64,000 nucleotides of DNA from Fibrobacter succinogenes (GCF_902779965.1 NZ_CACZDK010000011.1:95012-159011); one strand, 5' to 3'; numbered from the stretch's first letter, positions 36,778 to 47,332 are shown. Notes: generated from the letters alone by a model not told the origin. A program made the numbers and translations.

Positions 36778-37147
36778 ATTCTGCGCCGTTCGCCTCACAT
36801 TTCGAACCACTTTCCACACGCTTCACAGCACGTTTCTTGCGCCGCTTTTTGCGCGGTTTCAAAGGTTCACCGAGGCCTGCGCGCAATCCCAATTCCAGTT
36901 CAGAGTCGCCTGCGGCGAGCAGTTCTTTTTGCGGGCGTTTCAGTTTTTTGATGCGAGCTTCTAGGCGGAGCGCTTCTTCGCGGGTTTCTAGTTCGAACGT
37001 GCGCAACACGCCTTCTGGCGGAAAAGCCTTCGTGAACTTTGCTCCTCGCCCATTGCAATGTTCCTCGTAGCGAGCCTGCACATCCACGGCGTAGCCCGTG
37101 TAAATGCGATTACCCTTGCAACGGAGCATGTAGACGAAATGCGACAT
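36770..37147 (-). CDS. GIY-YIG nuclease-family protein with basic C-terminal tail
   Basis: 125 aa. The core is MSHFVYMLRCKGNRIYTGYAVDVQARYEEH..GAKFT. The tail is PRKKRRKKRAVKR. The 3' end overlaps the convergent TauE gene by 8 nt. Confidence 0.75.
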   Translation of the reverse strand: MSHFVYMLRCKGNRIYTGYAVDVQARYEEHCNGRGAKFTKAFPPEGVLRTFELETREEALRLEARIKKLKRPQKELLAAGDSELELGLRAGLGEPLKPRKKRRKKRAVKRVESGSKCEANGAEST

Positions 37148-37332
37148 ATGAGGTATGGGGGCGGCTCTTCGAGCCTTTGGGCTATGAGCTCGGCACTAAA
37201 GTGCCTCTCAGCATTTCATAATAGAAATATTTAAAACAAACCAAACACTTCACCCCGTTCGGAACGTCAACATAACCTCAAAGCGAAGCGACCTCAAAGG
37301 TGCAACGCACCGACCTCACACCCCAATGCCAA

Positions 37333-38661
37333 CTATTCTTTCTTAGACACGATACTCATGTAGATTGTGCCAAGGATTGCGGCGCTAAAGCTTCCAAGGA
37401 GAATACCAAGCTTTGCGGAATCCTTGTTCGCACCGTCTTCAAAGGCAAGGCCAGCCACAAAGAGAGCCATGGTAAACCCGATACCGGCAAGCATGCCGCC
37501 ACCCCAAAGGACCTTCCAGGAGTAGCTCGGCTTCTTGGATACGCCAATCTTCACCGACAAGAGGCTAAAGAGGAATATACCGATCGGCTTACCGAAAATG
37601 AGGGCTAGTGCTACGGCGCCAAGCACCGGGACATCCAGACCGCCGAGCTTAATTTCTACGCCGGCATTCGAGAGCGCAAAGATAGGCATGATAGCAAAAT
37701 TCACCCACGGCACAAGCGGCTTGTACAAGCGTTCCTGCAACGAAACACTTTCACGGGCACCACGCTGGAGCATGTTGAACACGCGGTACTTTTCTTCGCC
37801 AGAGACCTTGGTATCACCAGAAAGCACGCTGCCCACGCTGTTAGCAAAGTTTGCCACCATACCTCTTGCAACAACAGGTTTTGCCGGAACCGAGAGTCCA
37901 AGGAGAACGCCCGCAATTGTCGGATGTACACCCGACTTGACAAAGAACGCCCAAATAGCAACGCCCAACACACCATGCAAAAGCAAGTTACGTACACCAA
38001 TACGGAAGAACACATTGATCAAAGCAAGGAGCGCAAACGCAATTCCAAGAGCCGCGAAATTGATGCCATCGCCGCTCGGGTAACCAATTGCAATCACGAG
38101 AATCGCACCGATATCGTCCGCAATCGCCAAGGTCAAAATCATCACGCGGAGCGCATGGGGCACCTTCTTGCCCAAAATCGCCATACAGCCGACCACAAAC
38201 GCGATATCTGTCGCCGTGGGGATTCCCCAACCATGTGACGTTCCCGGAGGGCAAAGCGCCAAGTAAATGAGCGCCGGGAAAAGCATACCGCCAGCCGCCG
38301 CAATAATCGGGAGGCTCGCCGCCTTCGGGTCGTGGAGTTCGCCATAGGTCATTTCGCCTTTGACTTCGAGCCCGATGTTGAAGAAGAATATCGTCATCAG
38401 CGCATCATTGATGAACCAATGCAAATCGCCCGTGCCCACCCAGCTGCCAATCGTGACCACAAATGGCAAATGCCAAAAGTGCTCATACGATTCTGGAGAG
38501 AGGTTCGCCCAGATGAGAGCCGCAAGCGTCATAATGATAAGCACTATGCCGCCCGTCGTCTCCACCTTCATCAGGCGTTCAATCGGGGTGATAATCTTAC
38601 GTACCGGGGTTTCCGGAAACATATCTTCAATTTTATCGCTGCTTGTTACTCGTGCTGACAT
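37333..38661 (-). CDS. nhaA: Na+/H+ antiporter NhaA
   Basis: 442 aa and polytopic. LTLAIADDIGAILVIA is the conserved DD motif, and FFFNIGLEVK and ALSNAGV are also present. Confidence 0.9.
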   Translation of the reverse strand: MSARVTSSDKIEDMFPETPVRKIITPIERLMKVETTGGIVLIIMTLAALIWANLSPESYEHFWHLPFVVTIGSWVGTGDLHWFINDALMTIFFFNIGLEVKGEMTYGELHDPKAASLPIIAAAGGMLFPALIYLALCPPGTSHGWGIPTATDIAFVVGCMAILGKKVPHALRVMILTLAIADDIGAILVIAIGYPSGDGINFAALGIAFALLALINVFFRIGVRNLLLHGVLGVAIWAFFVKSGVHPTIAGVLLGLSVPAKPVVARGMVANFANSVGSVLSGDTKVSGEEKYRVFNMLQRGARESVSLQERLYKPLVPWVNFAIMPIFALSNAGVEIKLGGLDVPVLGAVALALIFGKPIGIFLFSLLSVKIGVSKKPSYSWKVLWGGGMLAGIGFTMALFVAGLAFEDGANKDSAKLGILLGSFSAAILGTIYMSIVSKKE

Positions 38662-38748
38662 ATGTTTTTCAATATAGATAACTTTTAAAACTTTTTTGGA
38701 GCTTTACAGCCTTTGTAACAGATAAATAGGAATAATACTACAAATCCG

Positions 38749-41700
38749 CTACAAGAACATCGCCAAGACATCTTTTAGCTTTTCAATGCTCACCGGTTTT
38801 GCGATATGCTCGTTCATACCCACTTCGAAAGAAGCCTGGCGGTCTTCGTCAAAGGCATTTGCCGTCATAGCGATAATCGGAATTTCGGCAACATCCTTGT
38901 TGTCAAGTGCGCGGATGCGTTTTGTAGCCTCGTAACCATCCATCACTGGCATACGAACGTCCATCAAAACCACATCAAACGGTCTCGAAGTCGCCTTCGA
39001 AAGCATTTTCACGGCAATATCGCCGTCTTCGACGGCAGTCACAATAAAGCCATTATCCTGGAGAATTTCCATCGTGATTTCGCGGTTGAGGATGTTATCC
39101 TCGACCAAGAGGATCTTCTTGCCGGCAAAGCCCGATTTTTCTGTTTTCTCCACACCATCTTCGCGCTTTTTCGATTGCACCAGCTTGAATTCGAACGTCA
39201 TGACGACTTCGGTACCCACATGCAAGCGGCTCGCGATTTCAATCTGACCGCCCATCATCTCGACAGAGTTTTTCGTAATCGCAAGTCCAAGCCCCATACC
39301 ACGAGTCTCTCTCGATGCAGAGAGCTCTCTCGTAAACGGCTCATAAACCTTCTTGAGGAATTCCTCGCTCATGCCGATACCGTTATCCTTGATACGGAAT
39401 TCATAAGCGGCATAGCTCGACTTCGAAAGCGGCGTTTCCTTGACGCTCATCGAAATAGAACCACCTTCCCTCGTAAACTTGATCGAGTTCGAAAGAACCT
39501 TCAGCAAGACCTGACGCAAGCGGTTCTTATCGCAAACCACTTCATCATCGTTGATATCGACACAGTCGAGTTCGAACTTCAAATCCTTCACTTGCAAATC
39601 ATTGCGGATATCGCGTTCCACTTCATGAACAACTTCGAACAAATGCGTCGGCGTTTCGTTGAGGTCGAACTTGCCCGATTCAATGCGGCTCATATCAAGA
39701 ATATCATTGATAATCGCAAGCAAGCGGTCAGAACTTTGGTCAATCTTGAAAAGGCAATCCTTAATACGGTCACGGTCATCCAAATGCGACGACGCGATTG
39801 ACGTAAGGCCAATAACGGCATTGAGCGGCGTACGGATTTCATGGCTTATGCTATTGAGGAATTCCTTTTTAGCACTGTTTGCCGCCTGCGCCGCCGAGAG
39901 CGCCTGTTTCAAGGCTTCGGCCTGCGTTTCGAGCTGTTCCTTTTGTTCAAGCTGCAAGCGGGTCGCTTCATCGACGCTGATAAAGCCAGCCACAATCTGT
40001 TCCTGAGCATCAGGCGCCTTGCCTGCCATCACAAACTTCAACTGCCAATATTCTACGGCGCCATTAATAATCATTCGGAAGTTGACATAATACGCGCTCT
40101 TTGCAACAAGTTTTTCCATCACCACATCGCGAGACGTCATGTCCATAAACATCTTGCGGTCGTCCGGGTGGACAAGCGTATTCGCGATCAACGTCAGGCG
40201 ATCTTCAAAATTCCCGACCTTTCTCCAGTTCGGGTTATCGGCCCAATTATTCTTTTTCACATAATAAAGATGGTCTTCGCGAGTGGACGGGTTAATGAAG
40301 CTCACCAGCGAGAAATCTTCCGAGAGGCCTTTAATCACAGAAAGCCTTTCGCGCTCGGCTTCGAGAGCCACCTTTTCGTCGTTCACATCTTCGACACCAA
40401 TGAGCACATAGCCTTCACCCTTGCCATCGGCAAAACCAATCAACGTGTGGCGCAACCAGACCCAGTTGCCATTGATAAACCAACGCATGTCCACAACCTT
40501 TCGTGATTCATACTGGTTCATCATTTCAAGGAAGGATTCCTTATTGAACACGCTATGGCAAAGTTCCAAATCATCCTTATGGATCTTGGTAAGCTCATCG
40601 TTGTTCATGATGTCGTACAAAGAGACATTGCAATCAAAACGGCTGAGAATTTCCTTGTACAAATCGTTCATGGAACTCGGGTAAACCACATACGAACCGG
40701 ACTCGGGATTCACATAATAAATATGGATAAAGTTCTTGGACAAAAGGCCTAGAAGTTTCATTTGCATGTAACGGACCTTTCCCACATCATCTTGTTTAAA
40801 CTGATCCAATTCACTTGCAAAACGGCGGATGGCGACTCGACGGAGCAACATAAAATAAGCAACAAAGAAGACAATTACAACAATGCCTAAGCAAAGCAAG
40901 ATAAAGCGGACTTTATGGATTGCCGCAAAAGCCACCTTTTCTGGCGACGAAATTGCAATACTCCAGTGATTTACCGGCAACGGCTTATAATAGAAACAGT
41001 TCGATTCTTCCCAATAGTTTTCAACGCAAGCTTTACCCGTAGCGCCAGCAAGCAAGCTATCCACCAACACAGAGAATAAGCCTTTCTCGTTATCCAATTC
41101 ATTTATATAATCACGAATACCCTTCAACGAGTCATGCTTTGAATCGGCAATAAGGCGACCATCATCGCGATTGACAACATAGACATACATTTTGCGGTCG
41201 TTCTGTTTATCACTACGCATGTATTGATGAATTAGCCCCAAACTAAAATTCCAGTACGCAATGGCAACGACCTTGTCGCGACTCTTGATGGGGACAAAAT
41301 GGTACAGCAATTTTTCTTCGAGTTTATCGCTTTCAAGGCGTACAACGACATGCGCATTGGGTGTCGCTTCTTCATTAAACGATATCCCCATCATCGAAGC
41401 ATTCATCAAGGAGCCATCCGATAAAATCGCCGTATCGCCAGGCAAAAGGATATTGATTTTTTTGTCACGCAAGAACGGTTGCAATTCATTCAACTTCGGA
41501 AGCAAACTATCGACCGAATAATCGTTGCGATCCCCCAAGGCATCGGCCACAAACTGTAGCGTTCCACCATAGTGCAGATTGCTCATTATGAAATCATTCG
41601 ATGCAGTTTCGGCATATTCACGAAGCCTGTTATAGCAGCCGTCCTCAACGATTTTCAGAATTTTCTGGCAAACAAACATGAACACCAAAGCATTCAAAGC

Positions 41701-41775
41701 CACAAGAATCACGGCAAAAATAACATGATCCCGGTGCATCATTTTTTCACTATGGACGCCATCAATATTCTTCAT
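38749..41775 (-). CDS. hybrid sensor histidine kinase / response regulator with extracytoplasmic sensor domain
   Basis: 1008 aa. Two TM helices flank an outside domain of about 270 aa, followed by PAS-like regions. The H-box is SHEIRTPLNAV, the HATPase block is DNGIGM..GMGLGLAI, and the C-terminal REC shows LLVEDN..VLMDVRMPVMDG. Confidence 0.85.
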   Translation of the reverse strand: MKNIDGVHSEKMMHRDHVIFAVILVALNALVFMFVCQKILKIVEDGCYNRLREYAETASNDFIMSNLHYGGTLQFVADALGDRNDYSVDSLLPKLNELQPFLRDKKINILLPGDTAILSDGSLMNASMMGISFNEEATPNAHVVVRLESDKLEEKLLYHFVPIKSRDKVVAIAYWNFSLGLIHQYMRSDKQNDRKMYVYVVNRDDGRLIADSKHDSLKGIRDYINELDNEKGLFSVLVDSLLAGATGKACVENYWEESNCFYYKPLPVNHWSIAISSPEKVAFAAIHKVRFILLCLGIVVIVFFVAYFMLLRRVAIRRFASELDQFKQDDVGKVRYMQMKLLGLLSKNFIHIYYVNPESGSYVVYPSSMNDLYKEILSRFDCNVSLYDIMNNDELTKIHKDDLELCHSVFNKESFLEMMNQYESRKVVDMRWFINGNWVWLRHTLIGFADGKGEGYVLIGVEDVNDEKVALEAERERLSVIKGLSEDFSLVSFINPSTREDHLYYVKKNNWADNPNWRKVGNFEDRLTLIANTLVHPDDRKMFMDMTSRDVVMEKLVAKSAYYVNFRMIINGAVEYWQLKFVMAGKAPDAQEQIVAGFISVDEATRLQLEQKEQLETQAEALKQALSAAQAANSAKKEFLNSISHEIRTPLNAVIGLTSIASSHLDDRDRIKDCLFKIDQSSDRLLAIINDILDMSRIESGKFDLNETPTHLFEVVHEVERDIRNDLQVKDLKFELDCVDINDDEVVCDKNRLRQVLLKVLSNSIKFTREGGSISMSVKETPLSKSSYAAYEFRIKDNGIGMSEEFLKKVYEPFTRELSASRETRGMGLGLAITKNSVEMMGGQIEIASRLHVGTEVVMTFEFKLVQSKKREDGVEKTEKSGFAGKKILLVEDNILNREITMEILQDNGFIVTAVEDGDIAVKMLSKATSRPFDVVLMDVRMPVMDGYEATKRIRALDNKDVAEIPIIAMTANAFDEDRQASFEVGMNEHIAKPVSIEKLKDVLAMFL

Positions 41776-41785
41776 TTTTCAATCA

Positions 41786-44700
41786 TCACTTTTTAATAAA
41801 TTTAGACAAAATATATTTCATTTTATCAACGTTTATCGGTTTGGAGATGTGTTCATCCATGCCAGCATCTAGTGCGGCCTTGCGATCTTCTTCAAATGCA
41901 TTCGCAGTCATGGCAACAATCGGAATGCGAGACTGGTAACGCGCCGGAAGCATACGTATAGCCCGCGTTGCCGCAAAGCCGTCCATTATAGGCATCTGCA
42001 CATCCATAAGGACTAGATCATACTGCTTTGGCACAGATTTTTTTATCAACTCAACAGCTTCTTTTCCATTTTCAGCCGTAGAAACCACGAAACCGCAATC
42101 AGCAAGAATATCACATGCAATTTGGCGGTTCATTTCGTTGTCTTCGACAAGCAAAACTTTCTTGCCCGCAAAATTAGAAGTCCCCACCTTAAATTTTGAA
42201 CCGGCATTATTCTTGTTATGCAGCCTGAAATCAATATTCAGAACAACTTCTGTACCCTTGTTCTCTTCGCTAAAGATTTCAATATCGCCACCCATCATCT
42301 CTACGATATTCTTGGTGATGGACATGCCAAGGCCAGTCCCTTGAATACCGCTCACGGTCGAAGAATTTGCGCGCGTAAACGGTTCATAAATCGTCTTCAG
42401 GAATTCCTCGCTCATGCCCATACCGTTATCACGGATGCGGAATTCGAACAGCGCAAAGCCGGGCTTTTGCGATTCCTTTTCATCCACTTGCATCATGACG
42501 GAACCACCCGCATGCGTGTACTTGATGGCATTCGAAAGCACATTGAGCAACACCTGGTTCAAGCGGAGCTTATCACACACGATTCCTGAATTGCGGATAT
42601 CCGTCTTCACTTCAAATGCAAGATTCTTGGCATCGACATCCGCCTGTACAATATCCTTGAGCGTATCGATAATATCGACGAGACTTTCGGTATTTTCCGA
42701 CAAAGACATCTTACCCGATTCAATGCGGCTCATGTCAAGCACATCATTGATCAGCGAAAGCAAATGGTTCGAGCTTTGTCCAAGCTTTTTCAAGTAACCC
42801 AGCACAACATCCTTTTCATCGATATGCGCCATGGCAAGTCCGGTAAAACCGACAATAGCATTCATCGGCGTGCGGATATCATGGCTCATGTTCGAAAGGA
42901 ACGCCGTCTTTGCACGGTCGGACGATTGCGCCATCGAAAGCGCCTTTTGCAGCATGACCTGTTGTTTTTCAAGCAAGTCGTTCTGTTCCGCAACCTTTGC
43001 GTCCAATTCAATTTTTTCGACTTGGTCATCGCTCAAGAGCATAAACGAAAGAACAAACGAAACGACTTCATTTTTTTCATCACGTTCAATCGTTGTAAAT
43101 CTGGCGCGCAGCCATTCACCGCTTTCAATCTTGAATTCCAGTTCGCGCTGGTCGGCTTCTTTCAAGAATTTCTGCACATAGAACAAGTTCGAAAGCTTTA
43201 GCCAATCCTGTTTAAAATCATCCGCAACAAGGCCACTGATTTTCTTGACTTCACCAGAATACGTGCTGTACGGCGGACGCTTTTCCACCCACGACACATT
43301 CGAAGCCTTGATGGTACGGAAAGAATTATCCTCGACATTCACAAAGTAAATAGAAACGTAATCATCATAGAGGATATCGTTCACGAAATCCTTGAGAATC
43401 AAGTCGTCCTTTTCTGCAAAGCCAAGAGCGACAGCCTTTGGGCTATCAAACTCATTGCCCACTTTCACAAATTTCATTTCGCAATAGTGCGGGCGCCCAT
43501 CGACATTGCCTCGATATGTTGTAATAAACGTTTTTCTCAAGGAGAGTTCTCTCTTGATATTATCGATTGCACCGGCATCAAGCATCATTTGACGGTCGCG
43601 TTCCCAGACAACGCCATTCACATAATCTTCAAACGCCTTAGAATACAACACGCCCGAACGGAAACGGCTACCAAAAAGCGACATGGATTCCTTATTCATC
43701 GAATAAGGCGTAATGGAATCTTTTTCAAGATCGATGTAATAGACCGAGGAATACTCCGAAGCCAGGATATCAATAATTTCCAAATCCTGCTCGATCTTTT
43801 TCTGATGCATGCGAGCTGTACGAATCTGCTCGTCCTTATCGGCAAAGCCAATCACAAAAGCTCTTTGCTTTTTGTTTACCGCAACAACCTTACATTCGCA
43901 AAAACGGTCGGCATAGTTGACGTACTCAAAGCTTGTAACGCCTTGTTTCTGAAGAAGCGGCTTTAAGTTTCTAACAGAAAGTTTCCTGATAACGAAATCG
44001 ACATTTTCTGGAGAGACAACTTTATTTGCAATAAAGTCGATTGCAGCGCCATACGTCATTTCGTTCAGCGAATTGCCAAGCATTTTCTGGATATTCGTAT
44101 TCAGCTTATGTGCGGTCACCTTGTCCGATTCCAAATCGCAATAGAAAATGCACGAGTAATCCGATGCCAAAAGCGACGTCACCGCAGCATCTTCTTCCAT
44201 ACGTTTTCTGCGGTTGATTTCGTTTTCGGCAAAGCCTGCCACAAGCTTTAGCACCGCAAAATTCTTTTGCGATTCCTTCGGGTTGTCGAGCACGAGAAAT
44301 CCATAGCGTCCTTCGTCAGACACGATCGTCGAAACACTTATACCCTTTACATCCTGAATCGGTAGTTCGCTATACAATCTTTCCCAAACACCATATTCGT
44401 CATTTTGCGAATCCAGATAAACAGCGTCCATATCCCCGACAGATTCAATCCACGGATTAACGAACACAAACGGAAGCCGCTGAAGGTCAGCCTTACTAGG
44501 CCTTACCCCCTTACGGCACCATTCATACGTGCTACTCAGGTATTGCTTATCCCTGTCGCTTTCGAGAATGTAAGCTCTGTCGGCCGCATAAAAAGAAGCA
44601 AGCGTCGAAAGCAGTTCTTCGATAGCATCCCTCGAACGGTTTTCCTTATAAAGAACATCGATGCAATCTCGAATAGCAGCATCCTGCTTTTGCTGCTCCG

Positions 44701-45571
44701 AAACGTTATAAGCCACCATCATGGCCTGATACTCATTCAAGATTTCATCCTTGGAAACGTAACAGACAAAGCGGCTGTAATGCCAACCGATATGCGGCGA
44801 ATAAAATCGACAAGTGTATTCCGGGATCGAATCGCCTTTTTGGAACTGCTCAATCAGAGTCTTCGCCGAAAGATGCTGAACAAAAGTCCGCCTGTATTCC
44901 TTATCGACAAGTTGCTCAGCAATTTTGCGGACAACCGCATCGTACGACGGAAATTCAGAGGAAAACGAATCACTCACATCGACCGACTTGCCCTCGATTA
45001 TCTGGATAAACGGCCGAATAATTTTCCCTTCGGAAAGATTCACCTTGAAGTAACTGTAGGCCTTATCAAGAATAGCTCTTCCATAAAGTTTTTCGTTCAA
45101 GGCACTTTGCAAACGCTCTCGCTTCACGTCCAAATCCATCGTCGTGATTTCTTGACGCATTTCTTCTTCAGCCGTCTTTTGGATTAACGCAAGCTCTGTT
45201 ATATCCTTGTGCCAGCCTTCAAGCCGTATGCCCTTTTTATAATCAAAATTACGGTTCCCTCCGCAACGCACAAATCGGACACGACCATCGGGAGAATGCC
45301 ATGGGTACTGAATTTCAGCCGCCTGACCGACGCTCATCTTATCGACATACGCCTTGACTTCAGCAAAATGCTCAGGATCAATATTATCGAACCAAGCATG
45401 AAAAATATCTTCGCCAGAAACGCCCTCCGAAAGACCAAGCAACTTCAGCATGGTTTTGTTAGCGCTCATGCGTGGTGCACAGCCATCATCAATTTCAACA
45501 GCCCATAGCCCAATGCCAACGGCGTCTAAAATATTTGTCGTCAAGGGGTTAGAATTTTCAGCCATAAACAT
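41786..45571 (-). CDS. cytoplasmic multi-PAS/GAF-like hybrid sensor histidine kinase / response regulator
   Basis: 1261 aa with no TM helix. The H-box is SHDIRTPMNAI, the HATPase block is DNGMGM..GTGLGMSI, and the REC shows LLVEDN..VLMDVQMPIMDG. The C-terminal 450 aa look paralogous to the gene downstream. Confidence 0.85.
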   Translation of the reverse strand: MFMAENSNPLTTNILDAVGIGLWAVEIDDGCAPRMSANKTMLKLLGLSEGVSGEDIFHAWFDNIDPEHFAEVKAYVDKMSVGQAAEIQYPWHSPDGRVRFVRCGGNRNFDYKKGIRLEGWHKDITELALIQKTAEEEMRQEITTMDLDVKRERLQSALNEKLYGRAILDKAYSYFKVNLSEGKIIRPFIQIIEGKSVDVSDSFSSEFPSYDAVVRKIAEQLVDKEYRRTFVQHLSAKTLIEQFQKGDSIPEYTCRFYSPHIGWHYSRFVCYVSKDEILNEYQAMMVAYNVSEQQKQDAAIRDCIDVLYKENRSRDAIEELLSTLASFYAADRAYILESDRDKQYLSSTYEWCRKGVRPSKADLQRLPFVFVNPWIESVGDMDAVYLDSQNDEYGVWERLYSELPIQDVKGISVSTIVSDEGRYGFLVLDNPKESQKNFAVLKLVAGFAENEINRRKRMEEDAAVTSLLASDYSCIFYCDLESDKVTAHKLNTNIQKMLGNSLNEMTYGAAIDFIANKVVSPENVDFVIRKLSVRNLKPLLQKQGVTSFEYVNYADRFCECKVVAVNKKQRAFVIGFADKDEQIRTARMHQKKIEQDLEIIDILASEYSSVYYIDLEKDSITPYSMNKESMSLFGSRFRSGVLYSKAFEDYVNGVVWERDRQMMLDAGAIDNIKRELSLRKTFITTYRGNVDGRPHYCEMKFVKVGNEFDSPKAVALGFAEKDDLILKDFVNDILYDDYVSIYFVNVEDNSFRTIKASNVSWVEKRPPYSTYSGEVKKISGLVADDFKQDWLKLSNLFYVQKFLKEADQRELEFKIESGEWLRARFTTIERDEKNEVVSFVLSFMLLSDDQVEKIELDAKVAEQNDLLEKQQVMLQKALSMAQSSDRAKTAFLSNMSHDIRTPMNAIVGFTGLAMAHIDEKDVVLGYLKKLGQSSNHLLSLINDVLDMSRIESGKMSLSENTESLVDIIDTLKDIVQADVDAKNLAFEVKTDIRNSGIVCDKLRLNQVLLNVLSNAIKYTHAGGSVMMQVDEKESQKPGFALFEFRIRDNGMGMSEEFLKTIYEPFTRANSSTVSGIQGTGLGMSITKNIVEMMGGDIEIFSEENKGTEVVLNIDFRLHNKNNAGSKFKVGTSNFAGKKVLLVEDNEMNRQIACDILADCGFVVSTAENGKEAVELIKKSVPKQYDLVLMDVQMPIMDGFAATRAIRMLPARYQSRIPIVAMTANAFEEDRKAALDAGMDEHISKPINVDKMKYILSKFIKK

Positions 45572-45696
45572 TTACCATAACTACCTTATAAAAATAATAC
45601 GTTTTATTACCAATATTTCAAACCAGTGAAAATAATAATGTCAAGCCAAACAACACTTTTTTACGACATTTATACCATATTTACAGAAAAATTTTC

Positions 45697-45725
45697 CAAA
45701 AAGTAAACGCCCGCGCATGGCGGGC
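45697..45725 (-). terminator. second of two tandem terminators after the Prs-family gene
   Basis: The minus strand reads GCCCGCCATGCGCGGGC followed by GTTTACTTTTTGG. Confidence 0.7.
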
Positions 45726-45734
45726 ACGACAACG

Positions 45735-45773
45735 CCATAAAAGAAATCCCGAACATCATACGATGTCCGGGAT
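45735..45773 (-). terminator. first of two tandem terminators after the Prs-family gene
   Basis: The minus strand reads ATCCCGGACATCG-TATG-ATGTTCGGGAT followed by TTCTTTTAT. Confidence 0.65.
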
Positions 45774-45794
45774 CCTTTCCATATACAACAAAGA

Positions 45795-46961
45795 CTAGAA
45801 GAATGCAGGCGGCCAACGCGGGTTCTTGGAGGACATATCGATCTTGTAGAAGTCCTTCTCGAAACGTCCGTCGTCCATGCCGTACATCTGCATCACGTGG
45901 CGAGCAATCCACTTGCCGAGCTTGAGCACAGTGAGCTTCTTGCGGAGGCGACCCTGGCAGTCACGGTTCATGATATCCGGAAGCGTGGAGGTCGTGAGAA
46001 TTTCGTCGATGGCGTGGCTGTTGAGCTTTTCGCGAGCTTCAGCACTGGTGTGGAAGTGCGTCACGCCGAAGCATACGCGGTTCGGGTGGCCCTTCTTGAT
46101 GTGTTCGCAGCACTGCACAATCGTTGTACCGGTACGGACCATGTCGTCGAATACGATCACGTCCTTACCTTCAATTTCTTCGATGCTAATGTCGGAAAGT
46201 TCCGGGTTGAAAGTCATAGAAATTTCGCGTTCACCCGTACGAACCTTGTCCATAACAACGCGCTTGCATTCCGGGAGCTGGAGAGCATCGTACACGGCGT
46301 TCATGAACGGACGTGCGCCCTTGTCCGGAGAAACGATCACGAGGTTGTTGCCATCCTTACCGGTTTGAACAAAGTTGCTGTTCTTGATGTAGTGGGCATA
46401 GACGTCGGTCGGAATCAAGTTGTGGAAGTGACCTTCGAAAACATCGTTGAAAAGGTTCTGCACCTTGATGCTGTGGTTGTGGCAAGTCACAACGGCATCA
46501 ACGCCGGCTGTCTTCAAAAGCTGAGCGTAGAGGAGGCTTGTAAATGCCTGACCGTCAAACTTCTTGAGGTCGATATCCGGGCGATCTTTTTCGAGTTCGC
46601 CAATGCGGTGCGGACCGCGGTCCTGGGCGCTATAGAACAAATCCGGTTCCACGAGAACGACCTGTTCGGCACCGTTATCCTTGGCGGCGCGAGCGAGGAT
46701 GCAGTTGCGCATGGCGTAGTCGTTACGGCTGCGTTCGTGGTTCGAAACCGAGCAAATCAAGACAATCTTGCCTTCCAAGCGGCGGCCGATATGTTCCATA
46801 TCGTCCACATCCAGCATGTAGCGGGGGCAGAATTCGGAGTTGGCGAAAGTCTTCAGGGAGACTACGTCGGAGATATCTTCACGGAGGCCGATGTACTGAG
46901 CCATGTCGATGGCAAACGGATCATCGGTAAAGTTGCCGGTCACGATAAAACGATCTGACAT
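45795..46961 (-). CDS. ribose-phosphate diphosphokinase (Prs/PRPP synthetase) family protein, long variant
   Basis: 388 aa. The N-domain pattern is FANSEFCPRY..GKIVLICSVSN and the PRPP-binding loop is VIVFDDMVRTGTTIV. It is longer than my recollection of classical Prs proteins (a little over 300 aa). Confidence 0.7.
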   Translation of the reverse strand: MSDRFIVTGNFTDDPFAIDMAQYIGLREDISDVVSLKTFANSEFCPRYMLDVDDMEHIGRRLEGKIVLICSVSNHERSRNDYAMRNCILARAAKDNGAEQVVLVEPDLFYSAQDRGPHRIGELEKDRPDIDLKKFDGQAFTSLLYAQLLKTAGVDAVVTCHNHSIKVQNLFNDVFEGHFHNLIPTDVYAHYIKNSNFVQTGKDGNNLVIVSPDKGARPFMNAVYDALQLPECKRVVMDKVRTGEREISMTFNPELSDISIEEIEGKDVIVFDDMVRTGTTIVQCCEHIKKGHPNRVCFGVTHFHTSAEAREKLNSHAIDEILTTSTLPDIMNRDCQGRLRKKLTVLKLGKWIARHVMQMYGMDDGRFEKDFYKIDMSSKNPRWPPAFF

Positions 46962-47100
46962 TTTCCTAGCCTTGATTTAAGGGTTGTGAGTGATTAGACC
47001 AAATATAGTTAGAATTGGGCGGGGTTTCAAGTTTTGAGCATCTAAAAAAACAAAAACAAATTGTCAGGGACGTCGCAAACCGCGTGATTTAGAACAAAGT

Positions 47101-47145
47101 AACTATTTGTTGTACAAAGAAGCCGCCCACACGGGAGCGGCTTCT
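47101..47145 (-). terminator. probable eno terminator, distal to the tandem repeats
   Basis: The stem is AGAAGCCGC-N10-GCGGCTTCT. The minus-strand tail TTGTACAACAAATAG is T-poor. Confidence 0.45.
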
Positions 47146-47166
47146 CTTAGCAAATCTAAAAACTTA

Positions 47167-47330
47167 GATTAGTTGCGCTACTTCGTTGCGCTGTCCTAAG
47201 CGGCTCGGTCATATTAGCAAGTAAACTTGCTAATGCGACTTTCGCCTGATTAGGCGTTGCGCTACTTCGTTGCGCAGGCCTTGCGGCTCGGTCATGCCGG
47301 CAAGCAAGCTTGCCGTCGCGACACTCGCCT
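47167..47330. repeat. two tandem 81/83-bp units directly after the eno stop codon
   Basis: Units 47167..47247 and 47248..47330 both begin GATTAG, contain TTGCGCTACTTCGTTGCGC and CGGCTCGGTCAT, and each carries a different perfect internal palindrome. A third GATTAGG start at 47331 contains the eno stop. Confidence 0.85.
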
Positions 47331-47332
47331 GA

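Noticed and set aside
47167-47330. Possible CRISPR array, considered for this site and for the heptad arrays.
   Set aside because: There are only two directly abutting units with no unique spacers, and the heptad arrays have 7-nt units. No cas genes are present, so none of these fit CRISPR architecture.
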